Positions 10,386-20,979 of a stretch of 64,000 nucleotides of DNA are shown one piece after another. Every line of letters starts with the position of its first letter. Positions within the stretch are counted from its first letter, which is position 1. Source of the DNA: an uncultured bacterium (lineage in GTDB: Bacteria; Macinerneyibacteriota; Macinerneyibacteria; Macinerneyibacteriales; CAYRFE01); assembly GCA_964423645.1 (NCBI GenBank), contig CAYRFE010000010.1, positions 21,264-85,263 of the forward strand, given 5' to 3'. The notes beneath the pieces were generated by a model that worked only from the letters and a program-made list of their open reading frames with translations, was not told the origin of the DNA and searched no databases. Position numbers and translations under genes: made by a program.

Positions 10386-11150
10386 ATGGAGCATATTAAT
10401 AAAAGCAGATTAGTGCCATTTCTATTCTTTGTGGTAATGTTTATCACGTTTTTATGGGGTGAAGAAACTATTATTTTGGGCACAGGAGAATGGTCTCCGT
10501 TTTCAACGGAGACACTAGAAGGCAATGGTTTTTGTTGTGAAATCATTACGGCCGCTTTTAAGGAAATGAAGATTGATGCAAAATTTAAATTCATGCCATG
10601 GAAACGAAATGAAGCTGAGCTTGAAGACGGAAAAGTGTTTGGGATATTCCCTTATACAACCACAAAAGACAGAAAAGAAAAATTTGATTTTACGGATAAG
10701 ATCGCTACAATGACCGGTCGTTTATTTTATTACATTCCTTCGAATAAAATACCTAAAGGATTTAACTGGAGGACATATGCCGACTTGAGGTCATACAAAA
10801 TCGGCGGTGGATTCGGTTATTGGTATGAAAAGCCTTTTGCTGAGGCAGGACTAACCGTTGAATATGCCGCAACAGATGAACAAAATATCAAAAAACTTGC
10901 TGCCGGACGCGTTGATCTTGTTGCAGTTGAGGAAAAAGTTGGGTGGTCTTTGATAACCAAGCTTTTCCCGGATATCAAAGGGAATTTTTCAACACTTGAT
11001 AAACCAACCGATAACAGCGATGTATTTATCATGGTCTCAAAAAAATACCCAAACTATAAATTGATGAAAAAAAAATTCAATATAGGCTTAGCGATAATTA
11101 TTAATAATGGCACCTATGAAAAAATTCGCCATAAATATCGCAATAAATAA
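10386..11150 (+). CDS. Periplasmic substrate-binding protein, tandem paralog of 9462-10199
   Basis: Collinear similarity (TGEWSPF..., MPWKRNEAELEDGK...GGGFGYWYE). Confidence 0.75.
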   Translation: MEHINKSRLVPFLFFVVMFITFLWGEETIILGTGEWSPFSTETLEGNGFCCEIITAAFKEMKIDAKFKFMPWKRNEAELEDGKVFGIFPYTTTKDRKEKFDFTDKIATMTGRLFYYIPSNKIPKGFNWRTYADLRSYKIGGGFGYWYEKPFAEAGLTVEYAATDEQNIKKLAAGRVDLVAVEEKVGWSLITKLFPDIKGNFSTLDKPTDNSDVFIMVSKKYPNYKLMKKKFNIGLAIIINNGTYEKIRHKYRNK

Positions 11151-11235
11151 TTACATTATGTTTAAAGTCACGCATATAAGTATGTGTTCTTTCCTTTAGT
11201 TCTGGCATAGACACTCCCTGTCCTTCGTAAATCCA

Positions 11236-11386
11236 GGCCTTTGTAAAATTCAAAATTTACAAACAATCTTTATTTTCTTAAAAGGAATGTGGGGGCAGAA
11301 AATCTTTCTGCCCGCCTCCCGATTTTCACGGGAGGGGTTTGGGGTGTGGGCACAATTTCAAAAATTGTAGTTTTGCGAAGGTCTAT
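11236..11386 (+). repeat. Repeat family A copy 2 (full length, variant hairpin 1)
   Basis: 5' arm ctttattttcttaaaagg; hairpin 1 replaced by GGGCAGAAAatcTTTCTGCCC (11293-11313); hairpin 2 at 11314-11338; GGGGTTTGGGGTGTGGGCACAA and tail tttgcgaaggtct. Confidence 0.75.
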
Positions 11387-11642
11387 AATTGATGATCATC
11401 GTTTGTTCTATAAAATATCCGAAGAAATTGTCATTGTGTTTGTTATCGATATTGAAACCCGCAAAGATGCATATCAATAATGCGAAGGAATATCCCCAAC
11501 AATATGTTTCATATTCCTCGCCATGAATACAAAACGTCCCATACGACCATCCATATTGAATAACAACCTATTCTAAAAACATACCCTTAGTGTGTGAAAA
11601 AGTAACTGTCTTCCAGCTTCACACACCTTACAACGCACAGAG

Positions 11643-12995
11643 TTACGCACGTCCGTACACATCATCTAACCTTACGATATCATCCTCGCCCAAATACTCA
11701 CCGCGCTGGACTTCAATAAATTCTATTTCCGTCTCGGCAGATATTCTATGCCGCACCGTAGCGGGAATATGGATCGCATCGCCCTCATTCACTACAAATT
11801 CACGCTCTCCTAAGGTCATACTGCCTTTACCGCGAACAATTGTCCAAAACTCTTCACGTTTGTTGTGATATTGTAACGACAAACGCTCCCCTGCACATAC
11901 GGTTATTTTTTTCACTTTATAGCCGGCACCACCGCCGATCACCTCAAACCGTCCCCACGGACGTTCATCATACAGGGGAGAGTGATTTGTAGTTTCTTTT
12001 TTCTCTTCGAGAACCGCCGCAATTTTTTTTACGTCCTGAGTTCTGTCAAGATTACACAGCAACAAGACATCATCGGTATCAATGCAGATACAATTATCAA
12101 TTCCTACAACCGCCACAGTTTTCTTGGGACTATAGACAAATACATTGTGCGTATCAACAAGCACGTTGTCGCGGGCCTGCACGACATTTTCCTGTTCCCA
12201 CATTTCTTTATAGGACATCCAACTGCCGACATCAGACCACCCCATGTCGACAGGTACTACGACGGCTTTATCCGTTTTTTCCATTACCGCCACATCTATT
12301 GCAATATTCGGTGCTGTTTGATAGAGTTCGTGAATATTTTCGCGTGCGTCGCGAAGATTACAATACCAGTTATACAAGTCGGGTGCAAAACGCTTCACTT
12401 CATTAAGCAACGTTTTTTTCGTACTTACAAATATGCCGGCATTCCAGTAGTGTGTCCCGCTTTTGTAAAATATCTCAGCACGCGCACTGTCGGGTTTTTC
12501 TACAAAACGTTTTACGTGTGATACCGCATCATTTTCACGTTCTCCGCACTCAATATATCCGTACCCGGTTTCGGGACGTGTCGGAATAATACCAAACACA
12601 CATATTTTCCCTGCTTCAGCACTCGTTTCAGCGTGGTGTAACGCCGCACGAAAGGCATTGGCATCGCGTATTATATGATCGGAAGGGAAAATACCCACTA
12701 TTTCGTCGTCACCTACTCGTGTTAGCGCAAAAAGAATCGCCGGAGCAGTATTTCTTGCATAAGGCTCTGATAAAAAACTTACCGTTCCCTTACGAGAAAG
12801 CATATCCGATTGTCGAGCACACAAATGTGCGGTCGCTTGCGCCGTAACAACAATAACATCACCGTCCAGTCGTAAGATCGTTTCTTGAAAAAACGATTTC
12901 CCCGATTGAGTCGGTAAAAATTGTTTCGGATAATTACTTCTGCTCAGCGGGTAAAGACGCGTCCCGCTTCCACCTGCAAGCACAATGTGCCTCAT
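11643..12995 (-). CDS. manC: Mannose-1-phosphate guanylyltransferase / mannose-6-phosphate isomerase
   Basis: N-terminal GGSGTRLYPLSR nucleotidyltransferase motif plus C-terminal cupin; start overlaps the stop of the upstream PGT gene. Confidence 0.9.
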   Translation of the reverse strand: MRHIVLAGGSGTRLYPLSRSNYPKQFLPTQSGKSFFQETILRLDGDVIVVTAQATAHLCARQSDMLSRKGTVSFLSEPYARNTAPAILFALTRVGDDEIVGIFPSDHIIRDANAFRAALHHAETSAEAGKICVFGIIPTRPETGYGYIECGERENDAVSHVKRFVEKPDSARAEIFYKSGTHYWNAGIFVSTKKTLLNEVKRFAPDLYNWYCNLRDARENIHELYQTAPNIAIDVAVMEKTDKAVVVPVDMGWSDVGSWMSYKEMWEQENVVQARDNVLVDTHNVFVYSPKKTVAVVGIDNCICIDTDDVLLLCNLDRTQDVKKIAAVLEEKKETTNHSPLYDERPWGRFEVIGGGAGYKVKKITVCAGERLSLQYHNKREEFWTIVRGKGSMTLGEREFVVNEGDAIHIPATVRHRISAETEIEFIEVQRGEYLGEDDIVRLDDVYGRA

Positions 12996-14431
12996 TATAC
13001 TCCTTTGCCACTGAGCATGATTCGTATAGTTTTTAATACGATCAGGACATCCAGCAGAATATTTGCGTTTTTCACATAATACAGATCATACTGCAATTTA
13101 TAAATTGAATCTTTCACACTGCTGCCGTAAGAATAATTGACCTGAGCCCAACCGGTGATACCGGGACGAACAATATGACGCTGATGATAAAAAGGTATTT
13201 CTTTTTGATATTTTTCAACCAATTCAGTCCACTCGGGACGCGGCCCGACAAAATTCATATTACCCGCAAGAATATTCCAAAATTGCGGAAATTCATCAAC
13301 TCGAAGTTTGCGCATTATCTTCCCTAACCATGGAATTCGAGGATCATTCTTTGAGGAGTATTTCGAATGCTTTTTCGGGTCATGCACACGCATTGTCCTG
13401 AGTTTATAAATCTTGAAGACTTTCCCGTCTTTTCCGACCCTATCTTGAGAAAAAAATACCGGGCCCCGACTCACACAACAAAAAACAAAGCCAAAAATGA
13501 TCATGATCGGTGCAGTGAGGATCAACCCGACTATCCCCATAAGAATATTTCCTACCCGAGTAACAATTCCATAAAAAGTAAATTCTTGTTCATGTTTTTC
13601 TATTTGACGAAATAAGTAATAAAAATAATCGCTGTTAAGGTGTAAAACAGGAATTTTTCGAGAAAATATCTCAAAAATCTCATCGGCAAAATACACGGTT
13701 GTTCTTAATCGTTTTAAGCTTTCGATATCCGAAACAAGGTTTTTATCTAATTTTCTGTCCTTTGCGATAACGACAAAATTGATACAATAGGTTTTTAATA
13801 TCGCGATAAGATCACTTTGTTGGCCAAGATAGGCGATCGTACCGTGAGGAACAGATCTTATCTCTTCAATCTCATCCCCGTCATAGATCTCAATACTGTC
13901 AGATACTTTATCTGAGATAAACCCCGAAATACTGCATTTGATGATCCGTTGTGCAAGAAGTTCACGTACAACCGCTCGGCCGGTTTTCCCTCCGCCTACA
14001 ATGAGAATTCGCTTTTCATTACTTCGATTGATATGAAGCGTGATCAGGAGAAGAAATAACGTCACTATAAGCGCTATAGATGCGTTTTTATACACATTAC
14101 TTACAAAATCGCTCATTTCTTGTCGTATGAGAGCACGTGTAATGATCGTTACGACGAGAGATACTAAAAAAACGCTGATCACTTTCCTGAAGAAAAAGGT
14201 CGATTTTCGTATCGCACTCACATTAAATACTTCATGCGCGAACAACACCACAAGCCAAATACCGCCGTATCCAAGACAATCCAGCCAAAAATTATAGCTG
14301 AACAACGTCTCTTTGTGAAGCATTCTGCCTACTATCATCCCAAAAAACACGGAGACTATAGACAAAAAAATGACAAGATATCTGATTTTTTGCAACGAAT
14401 TCTTCATATTTACCTGAGTGAATTGTAACAT
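12995..14431 (-). CDS. WbaP/CpsE-type polyprenyl-phosphate glycosyl-1-phosphate transferase (large bacterial sugar transferase)
   Basis: Multiple N-terminal TM helices, central Rossmann-like region, C-terminal sugar-transferase domain (EFPQFWNILAGNMNFVGPRPE). Confidence 0.88.
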   Translation of the reverse strand: MLQFTQVNMKNSLQKIRYLVIFLSIVSVFFGMIVGRMLHKETLFSYNFWLDCLGYGGIWLVVLFAHEVFNVSAIRKSTFFFRKVISVFLVSLVVTIITRALIRQEMSDFVSNVYKNASIALIVTLFLLLITLHINRSNEKRILIVGGGKTGRAVVRELLAQRIIKCSISGFISDKVSDSIEIYDGDEIEEIRSVPHGTIAYLGQQSDLIAILKTYCINFVVIAKDRKLDKNLVSDIESLKRLRTTVYFADEIFEIFSRKIPVLHLNSDYFYYLFRQIEKHEQEFTFYGIVTRVGNILMGIVGLILTAPIMIIFGFVFCCVSRGPVFFSQDRVGKDGKVFKIYKLRTMRVHDPKKHSKYSSKNDPRIPWLGKIMRKLRVDEFPQFWNILAGNMNFVGPRPEWTELVEKYQKEIPFYHQRHIVRPGITGWAQVNYSYGSSVKDSIYKLQYDLYYVKNANILLDVLIVLKTIRIMLSGKGV

Positions 14432-14586
14432 AATACGACAAATTTGTAAACTACTAATCCCTTCTCTTCGCCACGCGTTTGGAGAATACCCGCGCGTATC
14501 CTACGTTTTGAGTTGACAGCGTTCATCGACGTCAAGATCATGCAATGAATGACGAGTTGGTGACAATTTCTTGTATTGGTGATCTT

Positions 14587-14683
14587 TGCGAAATTCGAAT
14601 TTTTTCATTTTCTATTTTTCATAAATAGGGGTTTGGGTGGGCACAAATCATAAAAATAGTAATTTTGTAAAGCTATCATTGTC
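14587..14683 (+). repeat. Repeat family A copy 3 (internally deleted: both arms present, hairpins missing)
   Basis: tttgcgaaattcgaa...aaatagGGGTTTGGGTGGGCACAAatcataaaaatagtaattttgtaaagct matches the 5' arm and 3' tail of the full copies at 39.4 kb. Confidence 0.55.
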
Positions 14684-14712
14684 ATATATAACTTTTATGG
14701 TATAATCAGCAC

Positions 14713-15879
14713 ATGGAAAAAATTAAAACAGCAGTGCTCATCTCATTATTCGTTTTTTTTATAGGCGGCATGTATAGCCTTCCGCTTGAGTATGCGGGCG
14801 CATTCCTTGTTCTTATGACCGGTATCATTACCTATGTGGTATACGGAAACACAAAAAAGTTGGCCCCGTCGAAATTTTGGCTGGTACTCCTTGGCGGTAT
14901 CAGTTTGAGTTTTTTTTTAGGATACTTTCATGTGATCAATTCACAGCGCTTTTTCAGTCAAGCTGAAAAATACTGGGGCAGTTTCTTGCTGTTCACCGCA
15001 GGGTATATACTTATTTCAACGTTCGAGAACATTATTCAGATCGTAATGAAGGTATTTATCTCGGGTATTGCAATGACCTCATTCATCGGTATTATTACTC
15101 TGACCCAAACCCTCATCGACACCCACCGGCTTCCTTTATTGAACACTCCTTTAGGCATGTCAAATGATTACGGTTCGATCTTGATCATCGGCATACTGCT
15201 TATGCTGGGCATCATACTCTTCAAACACATACTTTTTAGTCGAATGATTGATAGAGTCATTCTCGGATTTTTTTGCATTGCTCTTGTATTCGTTCGCAGT
15301 GATGCCAATGCGCTCGGGCTTATTATCGGATTCATTCTTTTAATGTGGCCGTTAATCCCCGTCACGAAAAAAACATTTTTCAAGATCGCATTTATTGTAA
15401 TTTTTTGTTGCACACTCACTGTCGCCGTCCATTACAGGCATTATTTTTTACGTTCCGGAAATGCCGTGCGAATTGCGTTATGGCACGGTTATTCGAAAAT
15501 GATACTGAAATACCCTTTCACGGGAGTCGGGCTTTCACAAATGCCGTATCATTATGATGAATGGAAGGTGCCGGTTCCCTTCACGAAACAAGTTCGCATG
15601 GTCGAACCTCTGACCGCGCACTCCTTGCCGGTACAATATGCAGCTGAGAATGGCATACCGGCATTACTTCTTTTGTGTTTTTTCCTCTATCGATATTGGA
15701 AAACCTGCATTCGGAAAATAAATCCTTATTATGGCGTTTTTGCGGGGTTTGTTGCATTTTCTATCGCGGCATTATTTTCAAATCATTTTTTCATGATACG
15801 ACAAATGCTTTATTTTTGGTTCCTGGCGGGATGTTATTTGGCACATATTCATCAAATAAATGCGTTGAAAAAATCTTAA
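14713..15879 (+). CDS. O-antigen polymerase/ligase-like (Wzy-type) polytopic membrane protein
   Basis: About 10 predicted TM segments with a large loop near the C-terminus; sits in the glycan cluster. Confidence 0.65.
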   Translation: MEKIKTAVLISLFVFFIGGMYSLPLEYAGAFLVLMTGIITYVVYGNTKKLAPSKFWLVLLGGISLSFFLGYFHVINSQRFFSQAEKYWGSFLLFTAGYILISTFENIIQIVMKVFISGIAMTSFIGIITLTQTLIDTHRLPLLNTPLGMSNDYGSILIIGILLMLGIILFKHILFSRMIDRVILGFFCIALVFVRSDANALGLIIGFILLMWPLIPVTKKTFFKIAFIVIFCCTLTVAVHYRHYFLRSGNAVRIALWHGYSKMILKYPFTGVGLSQMPYHYDEWKVPVPFTKQVRMVEPLTAHSLPVQYAAENGIPALLLLCFFLYRYWKTCIRKINPYYGVFAGFVAFSIAALFSNHFFMIRQMLYFWFLAGCYLAHIHQINALKKS

Positions 15880-15882
15880 ATC

Positions 15883-17418
15883 TTACTGTTTCCCGTGTAG
15901 TGTTTTGATTCGATATACAATTTTTCTAAAATACTTATCCGGCAAATAAACCATCAACAGAATAACATTGATAGTCACGAAAACGACGATCGCGTTGATC
16001 AAAAAATCAATGAGAGCATGTTCAAAAATAAATGTATGTCCCAATTGACGTATGACTATAAATGCTAATGCGATACTTACGGCAGACATCATCAGATGCT
16101 TACCATACACAATCATATATCCGCCGAGAGGCTTATGAAAGCCCTGACCAAAAAGCAATTTCGGCCGTGTCCAAAAAGATGTCAACACAAATGACACACT
16201 TGTGCCGAGTATTACACCGGCCGGTCCCATCAGGCGTCCCAAAAACAAAGAAATGATGAAGTTACTGGTAAATTCCGCAACAGTATTGCCCTTATCACCT
16301 TTGAACAGACCATAGGCGGTTTTAAAAACTTCAGTCGGCTCACGTGTGATCTTAAAAAATACATTTGAAACAAGTGCAATAAGAAAAATATTATCCAACA
16401 GCATGGTTTTCCCGATCCATAGTTCAATGAAAGAATCGGTTATCATATACAGACAAAACACACTGACGGATGCGATATAAAATGAAATTGAAAAAAACTC
16501 TCGCCAAACCGCATATGATTTTTCATCATTTTTTTCGACAATAAGATTCCCGACACTTGATTTCGCATTCCATATGGTAGTGGTTAAAAAATTTGAAATA
16601 ATCGTCGTCACCATCGTATAATTCACAATCATACCCAGAACAGTAAGATTTGCGAAAAAAGCGATCAGCAACGAATCGGTCTGATTAACGACAACATTAC
16701 CGATCTTGTATAAAAATGTCGTTGAAATATTATGAAACGCTTCTTTGTTCTCCCTGAATGATTCTCTCAACTTTATGGACGGTATAATTCGCAACCATGG
16801 GTACATTGATGAGACTTTTCGATTACTTAAAAATATCGAAACGATATCGAACGCTATTCCGACAATAAACCACAGCATAAAAGATCGTGTAAGATACAGC
16901 AACGCGATCAGCACCAACACCTTTATGATTTTGATGATCCCTTGCAGTTTGGTCAGCACATAATTCTTCTGGTCCGCCTGTATGACAATAAACTTATATG
17001 ATGCATAGTAGCTTATCATTGTATAGACAACATATGCCCAAAAATACGATATCGACAATCCCGGTTCAATCTGACCTTTCGACATCATCGGCATAAAAAA
17101 TGATAATCCTGTTCCGACAATCAAAATAATTATACCGATAGCTTTCATGAGAAACGCATAGAAGGTCAGTATTTTGTTGATCGCATCATAATCATTATCA
17201 TGAAGCGGTTTATACAGCGCATACGTGATCGCTACACCCAGTCCTAATTCCGTAAGATTCAAATATCCGAGCAGATTCTGCACAAGGCTAATAAATCCGA
17301 GATAATTGGGACCTATCGCATCTAAAAAAGCTTTTCTTGATACAAACGACAAAAGCGTATGTATAAAGAAAAATAACGATGTGTATTTGATATTAATGAA
17401 CGTTTTAGCGGTACGCAT
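15883..17418 (-). CDS. Polysaccharide flippase (Wzx, MOP superfamily)
   Basis: 511 aa, 12-14 TM helices, typical Wzx topology; 14-bp overlap with the downstream GT2 gene. Confidence 0.75.
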   Translation of the reverse strand: MRTAKTFINIKYTSLFFFIHTLLSFVSRKAFLDAIGPNYLGFISLVQNLLGYLNLTELGLGVAITYALYKPLHDNDYDAINKILTFYAFLMKAIGIIILIVGTGLSFFMPMMSKGQIEPGLSISYFWAYVVYTMISYYASYKFIVIQADQKNYVLTKLQGIIKIIKVLVLIALLYLTRSFMLWFIVGIAFDIVSIFLSNRKVSSMYPWLRIIPSIKLRESFRENKEAFHNISTTFLYKIGNVVVNQTDSLLIAFFANLTVLGMIVNYTMVTTIISNFLTTTIWNAKSSVGNLIVEKNDEKSYAVWREFFSISFYIASVSVFCLYMITDSFIELWIGKTMLLDNIFLIALVSNVFFKITREPTEVFKTAYGLFKGDKGNTVAEFTSNFIISLFLGRLMGPAGVILGTSVSFVLTSFWTRPKLLFGQGFHKPLGGYMIVYGKHLMMSAVSIALAFIVIRQLGHTFIFEHALIDFLINAIVVFVTINVILLMVYLPDKYFRKIVYRIKTLHGKQ

Positions 17419-18421
17419 TACTATCTCCGTATGAAAAAATAAAATTCTGCATTTTCTTTTTCAATTTCCACAAAAAAACAAAAAGCAAAAACCCGCGAAG
17501 CGCTCCCAGTAACGTGCATAAAACGAGTAACAGTGATTCGCGATAGGTATATTTTTGTAAGATGTTTTGCCGTTCATATAACATCGTTTGCAGCATATTA
17601 TCGTGATCGAACATTTTATACGATCGTACAACGTCCACAATGAGTTTAAATATCTTACACTCAAGAAACAATCTTTCTTCACGAGATTCAACCTGTCCGA
17701 CAAATGAATGAAGGCTGTCGATAATACGTATTTTATCCCTAAAATGTTGCAATCCGATCGATGACATTATCGAACCGGATGCACGGATCCTATAACGATA
17801 GAACGGTTTTTCATATGCAATAAAAGTATCGGCACAACATAATAATCTCGGTGTCCACTCTTCGTCTTCGTGATAAATACCTTCATAAAAGTAAAGCCCC
17901 TGTGTGTCGAGTATTTTTTTCTTTACAATATATCGCCATGCAACAAATGTCATTCCGCTTGTACGAACATAGTTTAAAAACGAAGCTTTGGAATTATTAT
18001 TGATCGCTTCGGCATTGAGCACAATATCATACAGCGGAACAGCATTTTCTTCGGTATTTGGCATAAACATTCCCACGACAACATCCGGCTGTGACTGTTC
18101 GATTAATACGCTGATATCACCAAGGCACCCGTTGATGATCGAATCATCGCTGTCAAGAAACATGCAATATTCTCCCGATGCCGCACGGATCCCTGTATTT
18201 CGAGCTGAAGACAAACCCTTATTCGTCGTATGAATAACGTGTATACATGAATTATTCTGCGCAAGCCGGTCACACAAATATTGGCTTCCATCGGTCGATC
18301 CATCATCAACTAACACAATTTCACAATTTGAATAATTTTGCGCCAATACGCTTTCGACACATTCGGTAAGATATGCCAACACATTATAGACAGGGATAAT
18401 AACACTTATGTTAGGTTGCAT
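17405..18421 (-). CDS. Family-2 glycosyltransferase
   Basis: ISVIIPVYN...DDGSTDGS...DSDD motif set. Confidence 0.85.
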   Translation of the reverse strand: MQPNISVIIPVYNVLAYLTECVESVLAQNYSNCEIVLVDDGSTDGSQYLCDRLAQNNSCIHVIHTTNKGLSSARNTGIRAASGEYCMFLDSDDSIINGCLGDISVLIEQSQPDVVVGMFMPNTEENAVPLYDIVLNAEAINNNSKASFLNYVRTSGMTFVAWRYIVKKKILDTQGLYFYEGIYHEDEEWTPRLLCCADTFIAYEKPFYRYRIRASGSIMSSIGLQHFRDKIRIIDSLHSFVGQVESREERLFLECKIFKLIVDVVRSYKMFDHDNMLQTMLYERQNILQKYTYRESLLLVLCTLLGALRGFLLFVFLWKLKKKMQNFIFSYGDSNAYR

Positions 18422-19490
18422 TTTTTTTCATTTCCGTATTCACCAGAAAAAAACGGGACTGCAAGCGCTTTGCGGTTCTACGCGTTTTAATAAATCCAAT
18501 ACACGTGTATATCAGGGAAAAACGTATAAAACATTTCATGATCATATAAAAAGATGTCATTTCGGTCTGTGTATGCAGTGATTCTGTTACGAGAGGATCA
18601 TGCATGACCGCACGAATTTTATCGGTTAAAACCGCAAAGGTCATTTTATCCGCGTGATGAACAAGATACTCAATGGCTGTACATGCATTTTTTAGCGCTA
18701 TCCGTGCAACGGCCACGCACTCGGACGCCGCACTCGATTCTGCATGTTTACGGCAAAATTCGTTGACAGCATGCGAAAATCGCAAACAGTAATTATAGTA
18801 ATCAGGATGATATTTGCTTGTGATGGAGATACCGTTTATTTGCCTGTATACATACAATGTATCCGAAATCACACACACCGATCGTACAAATTCCCAATAA
18901 CGCAATGCAAAAAACTGGTCTTCGCTTATCGGTATACTAACAGGGAAAATGATATTGTTTTTGTGAAGAACAGACCGTCTGTATAACTTATTCCACGAGA
19001 CATTCATAAGTCCCTTTTCGCGCAACAAGCAAAAACGGGTTACCATATTCTTTTCACATGACAGTATACCGGGCTCAGGAACTATATCAATTACTCTTAC
19101 AATATCTTCATTATTAAAAAATATGGTTTTAAACCCGCAAATAACCGTATCACAGTTGGTTGAAAGGAGTGCAGTGATCAGTTTTTCACACATATTCGGC
19201 ATGATCACATCATCTGCATCGACAAATTGAATAAATTCTCCGTGAGCCAAACCGATCCCCACATTACGAGCAACCGAGACTCCGCTTTTCTTTTGATGAA
19301 ATACTGATATTCGCGTATCACGTACCGCATATGAATCACATATTTCTCCGCTCTTATCAACAGCCCCTTCATTAATAATGATAATTTCAAGATTGGTATA
19401 GGTCTGATTAATAACACTTTCAAGGCAATCGGCAATAAATTTTTCAGCTTTATATACCGGAATGATGACGCTGATTAAAGGACTATTCAT
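18411..19490 (-). CDS. Family-2 glycosyltransferase
   Basis: ISVIIPVYKAEKFIADCLESVINQTY ... FVDADD. Confidence 0.85.
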   Translation of the reverse strand: MNSPLISVIIPVYKAEKFIADCLESVINQTYTNLEIIIINEGAVDKSGEICDSYAVRDTRISVFHQKKSGVSVARNVGIGLAHGEFIQFVDADDVIMPNMCEKLITALLSTNCDTVICGFKTIFFNNEDIVRVIDIVPEPGILSCEKNMVTRFCLLREKGLMNVSWNKLYRRSVLHKNNIIFPVSIPISEDQFFALRYWEFVRSVCVISDTLYVYRQINGISITSKYHPDYYNYCLRFSHAVNEFCRKHAESSAASECVAVARIALKNACTAIEYLVHHADKMTFAVLTDKIRAVMHDPLVTESLHTQTEMTSFYMIMKCFIRFSLIYTCIGFIKTRRTAKRLQSRFFLVNTEMKKNAT

Positions 19491-19774
19491 TATTTACACT
19501 ACTCCATGCTGCAGTAGAACAAAAACACAATCGCGTATGAATTCATTCGACCGCTATCACGGGAGTGATACTACCATATTTTAAACACGTTTCAATCAAA
19601 TTATTTCCAATCATGGAAAGAGTATACTGTATACGCTCATTATTTTCATATGATTTATTATTCTTGACCTCATCACTGCACAATGTTAGTATCGCGCATG
19701 CATTTAACCGAAACTCTCGCCGGAAATGACCGGCATATACTATATGATCGCGCCTATTCAGGAGGTATCGCGTC

Positions 19775-20890
19775 ATGTTAAAGATTTGTCATTTGACAAG
19801 TGCACATATACGATACGATGTTCGAATCTTTTTGAAGGAATGTGTAAGTCTGGCGCATGCAGGATACGACGTAACCCTCGTATGTGCAGATGATAAGGAC
19901 AATGAAATAAAAGATGGTGTATATATCATATCAACACGATTTGTACCAAAAAACAGAATTCACCGTTTACGATGTGCTAAAAAAGCGCTATTGAAAAGTG
20001 CTCGAGAAATCGATGCTGATGTTTATCACTTTCACGACCCCGATCTGCTCTCGGTCGGTTATTCACTCAAAAAACAAGGAAAAACAGTGATTTACGATAC
20101 CCATGAAGACGTGCCGCGACAAATAATGGGGAAAACATGGATCCCGCGTATTTTTCGTACACTCCTTGCATATGCATTCGAAAAATATGAGAATTATCAT
20201 GCCAAACATTTTGATCATATCATCACGGCGACACCGCATATTCGAACACGGTTTGTAAAACTTAATCCCCGTACGACGACGGTAAATAATTACCCGCTTC
20301 ATGCCGAATTTGCAATACCGTCACGATGGGATCACAAAAAATCGGAATGTTGCTATATCGGTTGCATAGATGTCATTAGAGGTATTTACCAGATCATCAA
20401 TTCTCTTGCGATCGCGCAGATTCCCACACATTTTTGCGGGACATTTGAAAGTGCGGTTGTGCAAGAAAAGGCATCTGCGTTAGCGGGATTTTCGTATATC
20501 AAATACCATGGGCAGTTGTCCCGTTCGGATGTTCAGAATATCCTGTCACAGTGCAAAATCGGACTGATCACGTATCTGCCGGACGGCAATCACATCGCGT
20601 CGCAACCCAATAAATTGTTTGAATATATGGCAGCAGGTATCCCTGTCGTCGCTTCAAATTTCCCCCTTTGGAAAGAAATCGTCGAAGAAAATCACTGCGG
20701 AATATGTGTTGATCCGGAAAATCCTCATGAGATAGCCGACGCAATTCGTTTGATCCTTGCGAACGATGAACACGCACGTGTCATGGGAGAGAATGGTAAA
20801 AAAGCAATTACGGAAAAATACAATTGGAGTATCGAAGAAGCGGTGCTCCTCAATATCTACCGGTCTTTACCAACTGTTTTAAAAAAATAA
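19775..20890 (+). CDS. Family-4 glycosyltransferase (GT-B fold)
   Basis: C-terminal E-x7-E-like region (QPNKLFEYMAAGIPVVASN). Confidence 0.82.
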   Translation: MLKICHLTSAHIRYDVRIFLKECVSLAHAGYDVTLVCADDKDNEIKDGVYIISTRFVPKNRIHRLRCAKKALLKSAREIDADVYHFHDPDLLSVGYSLKKQGKTVIYDTHEDVPRQIMGKTWIPRIFRTLLAYAFEKYENYHAKHFDHIITATPHIRTRFVKLNPRTTTVNNYPLHAEFAIPSRWDHKKSECCYIGCIDVIRGIYQIINSLAIAQIPTHFCGTFESAVVQEKASALAGFSYIKYHGQLSRSDVQNILSQCKIGLITYLPDGNHIASQPNKLFEYMAAGIPVVASNFPLWKEIVEENHCGICVDPENPHEIADAIRLILANDEHARVMGENGKKAITEKYNWSIEEAVLLNIYRSLPTVLKK

Positions 20891-20979
20891 GAATGAAACC
20901 AAATATTTATTCAGTGAAAAACCTGACAATAAAGAAGTACCGTCGCGATGCGTAAAAAAAACAAGAAACGAGACCTATC

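Noticed and set aside
11289-11480. ORF 11289-11480 (+) 63 aa
   Set aside because: It starts inside family-A copy 2 (GGGGCAGAAAATCTTTCTGCCC...). It is an artefact of the repeat.
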